Shown here: piece by piece, positions 7,735-15,311 of the stretch
Position numbering within the stretch: the stretch's first letter is position 1
How the letters are laid out: every line of letters begins with the position of its first letter
NCBI GenBank assembly: GCA_031362505.1
Contig: JANLST010000482.1
Span: forward strand, 1-35,081
From: Sphingomonadales bacterium
GTDB taxonomy: Bacteria; Pseudomonadota; Alphaproteobacteria; Sphingomonadales; Sphingomonadaceae
Length of the DNA stretch: 35,081 bases
Direction of reading: 5' to 3'
Notes under the pieces: model-generated
Seen by the model: only the letters and a program-made list of their open reading frames with translations
Told to the model about the DNA's origin: nothing
Databases searched by the model: none
Made by a program: the position numbers and the translations under genes

Positions 7735-8714
7735 AGTGAGCCTTTCGTCGTTGAGGTTTCAGGCGTTGGACGTTGAAGTTGGACGAGAAAGCCGATCGCA
7801 CCGCTGGCATAAAGCACAGATTGCCAGATCAGTCCGATTGCCACGACCTGCCCCGGATCTGCACCGAACGGCCGGAGAAGGCCGGCCATGCTCGCCTCGC
7901 GAACGCCCAGCCCGCCAAGACTGATCGGTGCAATCGCAATGATCTTCGCCGTCGTCCAGGCAAAGAACCATGCCGCGATCGGGGCATCGACATGTGCCGC
8001 GTGCGCAAAGGCAATGTTGATCCCGACGAACAGGCACTGAACCATCATGGAAATTCCAAGGCAGATAAACAAACGCCCAGGTTGCTGCATGAGATCTGCT
8101 GTCGCGCTGACCATCTTGCCAATGATGCAGGTCACCTTGCCATTCACCTCTCGCTGCTTGAGCATTCGGTCGAGCGCCGGCATGGCAACAAAAGCGCCAG
8201 CCACAAGGGCGAGGGCCGCCAGCATAAGCCAGCCCCATCCAGATCCAGCATTCATCTCGGGGCGCCAGGCGACATAGGCGCCTGCAAGGGCGATCAGCAG
8301 CAATCCAAGCGTATCAAGCACCCTGTCCGCCAGCGATCCAACGGCCAGCTTGCCCTTGTCGTGCGCCTTGGCCATGACCAGTCCTGCCCGGACCACATCG
8401 CCGCCAGCAACTCCAGGAAGGGCCAGATTTGCGGCCAGCCCTGCCAGATGGGCGCGAAACGCCTGACGGTAGGAAACGCCTTCTCCAATCAGCAACCGCC
8501 ATTTGGCAGCGGAGGCAGCATGGCCAGCAATGAACAGACCGAGTGCTGCCAGCCAGAGCCCGGGCGAAAATTGGCGTGCGGCGGCCCATACGCTGGCGAA
8601 CGGCACAAAGGTGAAGATAAGCGTGAGCATCAGTGCGCTGACACCGACGCGAACGAGCCAGATCAATGGTATCCCGCGCACACGTGCGGACCCCGACAAG
8701 CGTGCGGTATTCAC
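7731..8714 (-). CDS. Lysylphosphatidylglycerol synthase TM-domain (UPF0104, flippase-like) membrane protein
   Basis: Multiple hydrophobic helices; KWRLLI, NLALPGVAGGDVVR, ADRVLD, PISLGGLGVRE motifs; overlaps neighbours by 4 nt. Confidence 0.85.
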   Translation of the reverse strand: MNTARLSGSARVRGIPLIWLVRVGVSALMLTLIFTFVPFASVWAAARQFSPGLWLAALGLFIAGHAASAAKWRLLIGEGVSYRQAFRAHLAGLAANLALPGVAGGDVVRAGLVMAKAHDKGKLAVGSLADRVLDTLGLLLIALAGAYVAWRPEMNAGSGWGWLMLAALALVAGAFVAMPALDRMLKQREVNGKVTCIIGKMVSATADLMQQPGRLFICLGISMMVQCLFVGINIAFAHAAHVDAPIAAWFFAWTTAKIIAIAPISLGGLGVREASMAGLLRPFGADPGQVVAIGLIWQSVLYASGAIGFLVQLQRPTPETSTTKGSL

Positions 8715-9655
8715 TTTATTGCGGGATCGGTAGGCGGTCGTAGGTGCAGACGCGCGATCATGTCAGCCAGCAATCCGAGCGCCCATAAAAGCACCGCACC
8801 GAGCAATCCAAGCACGGCCGTTTCCGAGAGATTGTCGATATAGACATCGTACAGCGCTTTCACGAACCCCAACACAAACAACATCAATCCGGCAGGCAGG
8901 AATACCCTGAGCGGCTGGAAATAGACCGTGAGGCGAAAGACCAGGAACATGAACCGGCCAAAGTCACTCGCGCGGATCTTCGACTGGCCGACACGCTTGC
9001 CGTAGATGATAGGCAAATATGAGACACGTTTTCCCGACGCGAGCATGCACAAGGTGACTGTCGTCGTGAATGAAAAGGCGTCGGGCAGGAGCGGTACAAA
9101 TTGTTCGAGCGGACCGCGACGGAAGACACGCAGTCCGGAGTTGAGGTCGGTAATCTCATGTTGAGCAAGCAAGCTGGCAAGCCCGTTGAGCGCCCATTTG
9201 GCCGGTCTGCGGATCATCGGAACGCCTTTCATCGCCGCCCCGCGGTCCCCCACAACCATATCGTTATAGGCCATCATCGCGATCATTTCGGGCAAGTACG
9301 ACGCCGGATAAGTACCGTCAGCGTCAAGTATCGCTACGAGCGGCGCCGTACTGACAGCAATTCCCGCCTTGAGCGCGCGACCATAACCACCATTGTGCGG
9401 AAAATTTACAACGTGTGCGCCCGTTGCGCGTGCGCGCGCCAAAGTGTCATCCGAGGACCCATCATTGACCACGATAATCTCGTGTCGAATGCCGGCTGCG
9501 CGAAGGGTTTGGCGGACGCTTTCGATGGTGACGCCGATTGCATCCTGCTCATTATAGGCGGGTATTACGATCGATACAGCAGGCGCAGAGCCGGCTTGAT
9601 TTTCGATACCACCTGACAGTCCGCCGGGTTCAACGCGTTGCAATTGATCTGCCAA
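8711..9655 (-). CDS. GT2 glycosyltransferase (DPM1/polyprenol-phosphate glycosyltransferase-like)
   Basis: SIVIPAYNE, IIVVNDGSSDDT, NGGYGRALKAG, LDADGTYP, DLNSGLR, RVGQSKI and two C-terminal TM helices; TTG start after a GGGGGAAG RBS. Confidence 0.92.
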   Translation of the reverse strand: MADQLQRVEPGGLSGGIENQAGSAPAVSIVIPAYNEQDAIGVTIESVRQTLRAAGIRHEIIVVNDGSSDDTLARARATGAHVVNFPHNGGYGRALKAGIAVSTAPLVAILDADGTYPASYLPEMIAMMAYNDMVVGDRGAAMKGVPMIRRPAKWALNGLASLLAQHEITDLNSGLRVFRRGPLEQFVPLLPDAFSFTTTVTLCMLASGKRVSYLPIIYGKRVGQSKIRASDFGRFMFLVFRLTVYFQPLRVFLPAGLMLFVLGFVKALYDVYIDNLSETAVLGLLGAVLLWALGLLADMIARLHLRPPTDPAIK

Positions 9656-9686
9656 ATGCTTCCCCCCGATTTAGCCGCTGCCTGTC

Positions 9687-9716
9687 AGTATAGAGGCCAA
9701 TTGCGAAACGGCGCAA
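9687..9716 (-). promoter_or_regulatory. Putative sigma70 promoter of the glycosylation operon
   Basis: Minus strand TTGCGC-N18-TATACT about 30 nt upstream of the GT2 start. Confidence 0.4.
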
Positions 9717-9872
9717 CTCGCACATGCACCCTAATACGCAAAGAACCATATCATTCGGTAAACATCAAAAGAACTTGGAGCACAGCCGGAACTTGTTGCT
9801 GGTCCGGATGCGACAGGACAGTTGTGGCAGAACTGAGTTGCGCCACCGGGGTAATAGGCTAAATAGTTTTCA

Positions 9873-9949
9873 CCGCTCTTAGCTCAACCGGATAGAGTAT
9901 CGGGCTTCGAACCCGAGGGTTGCAGGTTCGAGTCCTGCAGAGCGGGCCA
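9873..9949 (+). tRNA. tRNA-Arg, anticodon UCG
   Basis: Acceptor CCGCTCT/AGAGCGG, G73 and encoded CCA; D arm GCTC..GAGT with GGA (A20); anticodon stem TCGGG/CCCGA, loop CT-TCG-AA (anticodon 9907-9909); T arm GCAGG-TTCGAGT-CCTGC; 77 nt. Confidence 0.93.
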
Positions 9950-9962
9950 TCCAGATACAAAA

Positions 9963-9994
9963 GCGCCGTCCGCCCTTTTCGGGGCCAACGGCGC
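9963..9994. terminator. Probable bidirectional terminator hairpin between tRNA-Arg and the PEP-CTERM gene
   Basis: GCGCCGT / ACGGCGC outer stem with inner GCCC / GGGC, preceded by an A run (U tract on the minus strand). Confidence 0.45.
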
Positions 9995-10013
9995 GATTGA
10001 AGCTTTGTTGCTT

Positions 10014-10583
10014 CTAAGAGAAGGAGAGGGTGGTTCTAACCTTTCGTCGACGCATCGCAGCACCCGCCAGGCCCATGCCAGCCAACATCATGGCCCATGT
10101 CGCGGGCTCTGGAACCACGGTTGTCGGCGTTGTCGAATAGAGCCGCGCATTTGAACTGGCATTGTAGGCCAGTCCGATCACGTCAAGGCCGGTGCCCGCG
10201 TCCACCCGATAGAAGGCCGTAGCGTTGCCGGGTCCGCCCTGACCGTTCCCAAAGTGGAACGCGACATAGGATATGCCCTTGAGCAAGGTCGCGAAGTCGA
10301 CCGAATGTGAGCCATTCAAGGACGAAAGGGTCTCAAGGACCGTCGTGCCGTCCCAAGTGAAGCCCAAGGTCGCCAAGGCAGATTTTTGCGCAGTAATATT
10401 GGCCGGTGAGCTGCTGATCAGGTTGCCGCTAAAAAAGCCGGCACAAGCCTGAGCACTTGGCGTTATGTCTGTAACCGAACAGGCAACCACAGCAGCCGAT
10501 GCGGGTGTTGCAACGGCAAAGGAAGCGCTAATTCCCGCAGCAGCGATGAAAGAGAGATTTTTCACATTTTTACTCCAAATCAT
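10014..10583 (-). CDS. PEPxxWA-CTERM (PEP-CTERM) sorting-domain surface protein
   Basis: Signal peptide (..AVATPASAA), Ser/Thr/Gly/Asn-rich body, C-terminal VPEPATWAMMLAGMGLAGAAMRRRK. Confidence 0.94.
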   Translation of the reverse strand: MIWSKNVKNLSFIAAAGISASFAVATPASAAVVACSVTDITPSAQACAGFFSGNLISSSPANITAQKSALATLGFTWDGTTVLETLSSLNGSHSVDFATLLKGISYVAFHFGNGQGGPGNATAFYRVDAGTGLDVIGLAYNASSNARLYSTTPTTVVPEPATWAMMLAGMGLAGAAMRRRKVRTTLSFS

Positions 10584-10636
10584 GATCTAACGATCGGTAT
10601 AGTCGTCGTTGCGACTCGGCTGCGAACCGCTGGATA

Positions 10637-10652
10637 GTTAAGCTCCTGGTAA
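10637..10652. promoter_or_regulatory. CtrA-like box upstream of the PEP-CTERM gene
   Basis: GTTAA-N7-GTAA, one mismatch to GTTAA-N7-TTAA; GATAGTTAA is repeated at 10633-10641 and 10681-10689. Confidence 0.3.
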
Positions 10653-10769
10653 CTGTTTCCGCGCGATTGTCACGGTCGAAGATAGTTAATATCCTGCGTT
10701 GATCACATGGCGTGGCCTATCGGCAACACAATCATTGGCCGGTTGACGCCCACGCACCGCTCTTGAACT

Positions 10770-11090
10770 TTAAGCGGTCCTCGCCAGTTGCCGGCGGTTG
10801 CGCCCAACGAATACAGACGGGCTGTTCTCGCCTCTTTTAAGCGAAGGGGGCGGTGCCAGCCACCCAGGCTCACGCAATCCGAACCAGCTTCCCCAAAAGC
10901 CGCCTTCGCCGCGTTCCAGGACCGCCGTCACCAGCCTGCAGGCGTGCGCTTCGCGGACCGATTCGATCTCCTCATTGGCGTAACTGCCATCGCGGGATCG
11001 TCTGCTGAAACGGACAATTAGCGTCTCCTGGCCGCTTGTTGCCTCGACCCGGATCGCTTCATGAACAATGGCGCCAAATGGAATGCTCAC
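10770..11090 (-). CDS. Hypothetical protein (106 aa)
   Basis: GTG-start ORF with AGGGG shortly upstream, filling an otherwise empty interval; no recognisable motif. Confidence 0.3.
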   Translation of the reverse strand: MSIPFGAIVHEAIRVEATSGQETLIVRFSRRSRDGSYANEEIESVREAHACRLVTAVLERGEGGFWGSWFGLREPGWLAPPPSLKRGENSPSVFVGRNRRQLARTA

Positions 11091-11169
11091 TGGGTCAAGC
11101 CCCTACATGATTTGCTTGCCGGCATTTGCACCTGTTCAATTCAACGATACCAAAGCTGGAAAACAGATC

Positions 11170-11216
11170 AAAAAATCCTGTCGCCTCCGTCCCAGAGTAC
11201 TTGGAACGGAGGCGAC
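11170..11216 (-). terminator. Probable intrinsic terminator, minus strand
   Basis: Perfect 11-bp stem GTCGCCTCCGT (11180-11190) / ACGGAGGCGAC (11206-11216), followed on the minus strand by AGGATTTTTT. Confidence 0.55.
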
Positions 11217-11593
11217 GATTTGGTGCTTCATCGAGAACCCCGTTACCGAAAGGCTCCATCCTCGTGCGACCCAGGACGTTGGTTAAATCGAAGCACCCTC
11301 CCCCTATACGGCTTTCGGCTAAAGGCTTCGTCCAGACGACACAATATGTCGTTAGTTGTAGCGAATTGGATGTCCCAAAACATGACTAAAAAGGCGGGCG
11401 ACGGGTGCTCGCTTAATCACGCGAACCCGCAACCTGGCCATCCAGATGCCGGACGAGAGGGATGCCTGTAAAAGCGTTTTGGGCTAGCCTTTACTAGCCT
11501 TTTGAGAGGCGCGGAGGCATCTGGACGATTTTTCCCGGGCCTTGGCATGGCAAACGCGCTGGCGAGCGGAGCCGATCATCTGCAATCAGGAAT

Positions 11594-11608
11594 TGGTGCC
11601 AGAAGAGG
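11594..11608 (-). repeat. Distal att site: displaced copy of tRNA-Leu 3' end with a 1-nt deletion
   Basis: TGGTGCC-AGAAGAGG here vs TGGTGCCCAGAAGAGG at 22175-22190. Confidence 0.8.
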
Positions 11609-11669
11609 GACCGTGATGTGTTTATAACATCATATTTCTCAATATTTTATTGACTGATTTCTGCGATTT

Positions 11670-11689
11670 ATACCGTCAAAAATACCGTC
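11670..11689. repeat. Putative integrase arm-type sites (left end)
   Basis: ATACCGTC at 11670-11677 and 11682-11689 (12-bp period), same as the right-end array. Confidence 0.7.
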
Positions 11690-11788
11690 TCAGGACTGGC
11701 GTTAGTCCTCCATAGGGACTCAAATCACAGTATGGAGCAGCCCAAAAGGTCAGATTTGTCGCGGCCACATCGTTCGAGAAGCCCGACT

Positions 11789-13216
11789 TTACAGGGCAGG
11801 CGTCAACGTGGCCGATTTTGAACAGATGACCAGCCTTGAGGCACCGCGCGTGATAGCAACATAGAGGTTTCTCGCGTCCAAATCGTCGGCATGAAGCACG
11901 ACCGAAATGTCGGCTTCCAAGCCCTTTAGTAGCAGAGTGCTTCCAACGGCTCGTTTAGGAAGCGGACGACCGATCAAACGATTCTTCTCCCTTTCCGCGA
12001 CCACAGCATCGTAGAAGCTGTTGCCCGGTGAGTCGTCGGCGTTGCGAAAAGCCGTCATACACGAGCGTAGAACTGCCGGACGGTGGACCCTAACTCCCTG
12101 TTGCCTGTTCATCTCGACAAGCAGGTCTAGCGCTGATTTTCGGCTGGGAACGGCGCAAAACTGTAGCGCGACAGCTTCGACTTCGTCTGGTGGCTTGTGC
12201 GCCGTCCCAGCCTGAAGCGAGCCTATCCGCTGGACCAGCTGCGGCCCTCCCAGATTTGTCATCACGTCGGATGCAAAGCCGACCAGCTCTGCAAACGCCG
12301 TCTGCGAATTCAAATCCAACTTGGCGGCGAACGCGACGAGATCTTTCAGATCTACGCTTTCCACGACCACCGCCCCCGGCGTCTGGCTGGCAATTTTTCG
12401 CTGATTGGTAGGACTTGTGCTTTCACCGATAATTAGAACACGCCCGTCAGGGGCAAGACAAGGTACAAGAGCAGCTTGGAGACGCTTCTTGTGGTCTTCG
12501 GTTCCATCAAGATGCGCCCAATGCACATGCTCCGGGCAGGACTGAAAATCTACTCCTTGCCCCGTGCGCAACCGCTCGCGGGCATCCAACAGCCAGCGCC
12601 CAAAGCCTTCGTTTCCGGCGTTGGTCCAGCGCCAAGGATTGGCCAATTGCCCCGCCAAAGGAAAGTGTTTGCAGACTTGGTTTTCCCAATCTGCTAGCGC
12701 ATTGCCTTGGAAGCCAAAAATCGCCTGCATCGGATCGCCAAGGACGCAGGTTGGGAGTGACTGGGCAGCGTAATAGACAATGGCGTGCTGTGGGACTGAG
12801 CAGTCTTGATACTCATCGACGATCAGGCGAGCATAGCTGGCCTTTAGCACGTCAGCGATATGTCCCGCCTTCAACAAATTCCAAGCTGCAACGCGGATTG
12901 CGGGATAGTCAGTTTTCGGTGTTTTCAGTTCGAGTATTTTGGTGTCGTGTCCCGACCGCATAGGAAAATTTGAAATCAGACGCATCGCCCAACCGTCAAT
13001 GGTGGAAAGGCGATACGACCGCGAAGGCACTCCGGCCCGATCTAACCTACCGCGCAACGCCACCACGCCCGCGTTGGTATGCGTCAGCACAAGGATTGGC
13101 TTGATTTCGGAGTGCCTCGTAAGGGCTTCTGCGATGAGGTGCGTTTTGCCGCACCCGGCAGGAGCGGTAATGGTTCCCCTATTGATTGCCAGAATGTCCG
13201 GTGCGGCTTCAGCCAT
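11789..13216 (-). CDS. gajB: UvrD-like SF1 helicase, Gabija GajB-like
   Basis: APAGCGKT, LTHTNAGV, VDEYQD, LGDPMQAIFGF, KGLEAD, LYVAITRG; 475 aa; ATG 13216 overlaps the end of the upstream OLD nuclease. Confidence 0.82.
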   Translation of the reverse strand: MAEAAPDILAINRGTITAPAGCGKTHLIAEALTRHSEIKPILVLTHTNAGVVALRGRLDRAGVPSRSYRLSTIDGWAMRLISNFPMRSGHDTKILELKTPKTDYPAIRVAAWNLLKAGHIADVLKASYARLIVDEYQDCSVPQHAIVYYAAQSLPTCVLGDPMQAIFGFQGNALADWENQVCKHFPLAGQLANPWRWTNAGNEGFGRWLLDARERLRTGQGVDFQSCPEHVHWAHLDGTEDHKKRLQAALVPCLAPDGRVLIIGESTSPTNQRKIASQTPGAVVVESVDLKDLVAFAAKLDLNSQTAFAELVGFASDVMTNLGGPQLVQRIGSLQAGTAHKPPDEVEAVALQFCAVPSRKSALDLLVEMNRQQGVRVHRPAVLRSCMTAFRNADDSPGNSFYDAVVAEREKNRLIGRPLPKRAVGSTLLLKGLEADISVVLHADDLDARNLYVAITRGASRLVICSKSATLTPAL

Positions 13217-14936
13217 TTTCCGCCCAAGTGAAGATATCACTCACCTTTTGGCGGAATTCAGGTGTCGAATTTGCAAGACCCGGCCCGATGATTGCCCGTG
13301 ACACGGCCTCCATCGACGAGACAGATTTGAACCACGCCGCCGATTTTGACTTTGCGGCCACGCCGAGCGCTTGGCGCTGTTGATCGCTGACTCCGTCGAT
13401 TATCGCCGACGTTTGAATGTCGTTCAAAGAAATCGCGCCATTGGATGCGGACTTGATATGGAGATCGATCAGATCAGTCCCGTGAAGCCCAATCGCCTTG
13501 GCCAAGAGCAGCATCGCGTCTGCGTCCGCGAGACTGAGAAAAAGCTCTTGTTCCAATGCCCGACCAACTTCCCACTTTGTAACTGCGCCGCCGAGCGCCA
13601 AGAACGCGGCCTCGACCGCAGGCGTTGGCGGCTTGTCATCGTCCCGGATCACGGCAACCCGGTAGCCAAGCGCGTGAAACGCCGCAGCCCGCTCGAACGG
13701 CTTATCCGGCCCGCCGCCACCGCAATCGACGAGGGCTACACCACACGCGCCTATCGAGGTGGAGCCTTCGGACACACGGTGCAAGTCGATCCCACGGACC
13801 AAGCCGACTTCGCTTGCACCTTCGCAAATGATAACTGACGGGGCCAAAAAGGCTTCCGCAAATTTGCGGATTGTTCCCTGAACCGCATTGTCCGAGCCGA
13901 CCAGTTTGGCCGTGTGCTTATCGCCTGTTCGGCGCAGCACGAACAATTGATCGCCCGATAGCTCCCTTAGCGCGACTGGCGAATGCGTGGTGATAAAGGC
14001 TTGCAGCGGCGGACTTGCCTTTTTTGCACCGATTGAGCCAACAAACCGAATAAGCCGATGTGGCTCCAAGCCATGCTCAACCTCGTCCACAAGGATGATG
14101 CTGGATTGGTCGATCACTTGTCCCTGTAAACCCGCGACCAGCAAGCGCGTCGATCCTGTCCCAAGCCCCCGCAGTGGTATCCCGGCCTCGTCGTGCAGTG
14201 AAATCGTGCCACCACCGAAGGACACTGAATGGGCGTCCAACATGGCTTGAACCGAATTGCCGACGGGAACACCGAGCGACTTGGCTACGGCTGCCACCTT
14301 GGCGAGTGCTTCGACCAGTTGCGCCCCCGCATCAGCTCCGAATGCGTTTCTTGCTTCCCTTGCCGCTTTTGCGAGCGCCGCCGAAGCGTCGGCCTTTTCT
14401 AAGGAAAGCCGGTTGAGCACCGAGCCGCGCCGCCAACTCAGATTATAGTCGGCAACCGCGCCAACGCACGTCGGGGCAAGCCTGACGCGATCAGCCCACG
14501 TCAGATAGCGCGACATTCCCGCAGCGGCGGCCCGATCAGACACCAGTGTCCAACTCGGCTCAAGATCATTGGTCACGGTCAGCCGAAGCGTCAGGACGGT
14601 TTCCATTCCCGCTTCGGGTTCGTCCTCGATATTCGATAAAGCGGCATCAAAGCCGCGAAGGAATGAGCCATATGTGTCGATGCGTCGCAGGCCGTCATCG
14701 AGATCGCCAATCGTCACCGAGATCGCAATCGGCGTTTCACTGTCGAGATTGTAAAAGTCCGCATCACTGATTTGGAGGTTGCGACGCGCACCCATGCACA
14801 GGTCAATTGCATCCAGCACGGTGGACTTTCCGCTGTCGCCGGGACCAATAAGGCAGTTAATCCCTGCGGAGGGAAACCAAGCGAATTCCTTCAATGAGCG
14901 GAAGTTGCTGACTTCGATAGCGCGAATTCTTGCCAT
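13209..14936 (-). CDS. gajA: OLD-family ATP-dependent nuclease (ABC ATPase + TOPRIM), Gabija GajA-like
   Basis: SNFRSL, Walker A GPGDSGKS, signature LGTGSTR, Walker B ILVDEVEHGLEP, ITTHSP, TOPRIM IICEGASE and RDDD; followed by a UvrD-like gene. Confidence 0.85.
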   Translation of the reverse strand: MARIRAIEVSNFRSLKEFAWFPSAGINCLIGPGDSGKSTVLDAIDLCMGARRNLQISDADFYNLDSETPIAISVTIGDLDDGLRRIDTYGSFLRGFDAALSNIEDEPEAGMETVLTLRLTVTNDLEPSWTLVSDRAAAAGMSRYLTWADRVRLAPTCVGAVADYNLSWRRGSVLNRLSLEKADASAALAKAAREARNAFGADAGAQLVEALAKVAAVAKSLGVPVGNSVQAMLDAHSVSFGGGTISLHDEAGIPLRGLGTGSTRLLVAGLQGQVIDQSSIILVDEVEHGLEPHRLIRFVGSIGAKKASPPLQAFITTHSPVALRELSGDQLFVLRRTGDKHTAKLVGSDNAVQGTIRKFAEAFLAPSVIICEGASEVGLVRGIDLHRVSEGSTSIGACGVALVDCGGGGPDKPFERAAAFHALGYRVAVIRDDDKPPTPAVEAAFLALGGAVTKWEVGRALEQELFLSLADADAMLLLAKAIGLHGTDLIDLHIKSASNGAISLNDIQTSAIIDGVSDQQRQALGVAAKSKSAAWFKSVSSMEAVSRAIIGPGLANSTPEFRQKVSDIFTWAENG

Positions 14937-15227
14937 TTAAGCGCCAATTCCGGCATCCGGCTGCCCTGCCATCACCTCGCTAATCCACGCAAGGCAGAGT
15001 TGTTCGCTTTTGTAGCTGCCCCATTTTTCCGTCTCTTTTTCGGCGACGATGGGGAAGGTGGAATATATGTCGCGGATGTCGTCGCGGCTGGCTGCCGCGT
15101 TGTCGGGGTCGAAAACGCCGGAGAGGATGAAGTAGAGCGCATCGAGCTTGGCGCGGAGGGTCAGGCGGCGGGCTTCCTCCCAAGCGAAGGGCGGGCGAGT
15201 TTTTCCGTGTCCATCCAAACAGCCCAC
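14937..15227 (-). pseudogene. C-terminal remnant of a large type IIG / DISARM-like DNA methyltransferase
   Basis: PPFAWEEARRLTLRAKLDALYF...RDDIRDIYSTFPIV.EKE..KWGSYKS resembles the PFxWDxxRRxxLRAxLDAxYF..RDDxxYIxxTFPIV..GxY tail of those >1000-aa enzymes, but only 96 aa are present. Confidence 0.7.
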
Positions 15228-15311
15228 GTTTCGCCCCCCTACTCTATTGCTTCCTGTCCTGCGATCTCAATGGTATGCCCGAGTTTCCAAAAGAGGAATA
15301 GTAACAATCGC

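Noticed and set aside
7773-8843. 356-aa plus-strand ORF
   Set aside because: Antisense shadow of the flippase-like and GT2 genes, common in GC-rich DNA.
11281-11289. GAUUUAACC on the minus strand, reminiscent of SAM-II riboswitches
   Set aside because: The rest of the SAM-II consensus (UUGC and the 3' GCUAAA tail) is absent.
11336-11352. Palindrome ACGACA-caata-TGTCGT resembling an NrdR box
   Set aside because: Single imperfect copy and no nucleotide-metabolism gene nearby; NrdR boxes usually come in pairs.
15000-15311. N-terminal extension of the 1667-aa ORF
   Set aside because: Antisense to the methyltransferase remnant; the DUF4011 pattern begins just after ATG 15312.
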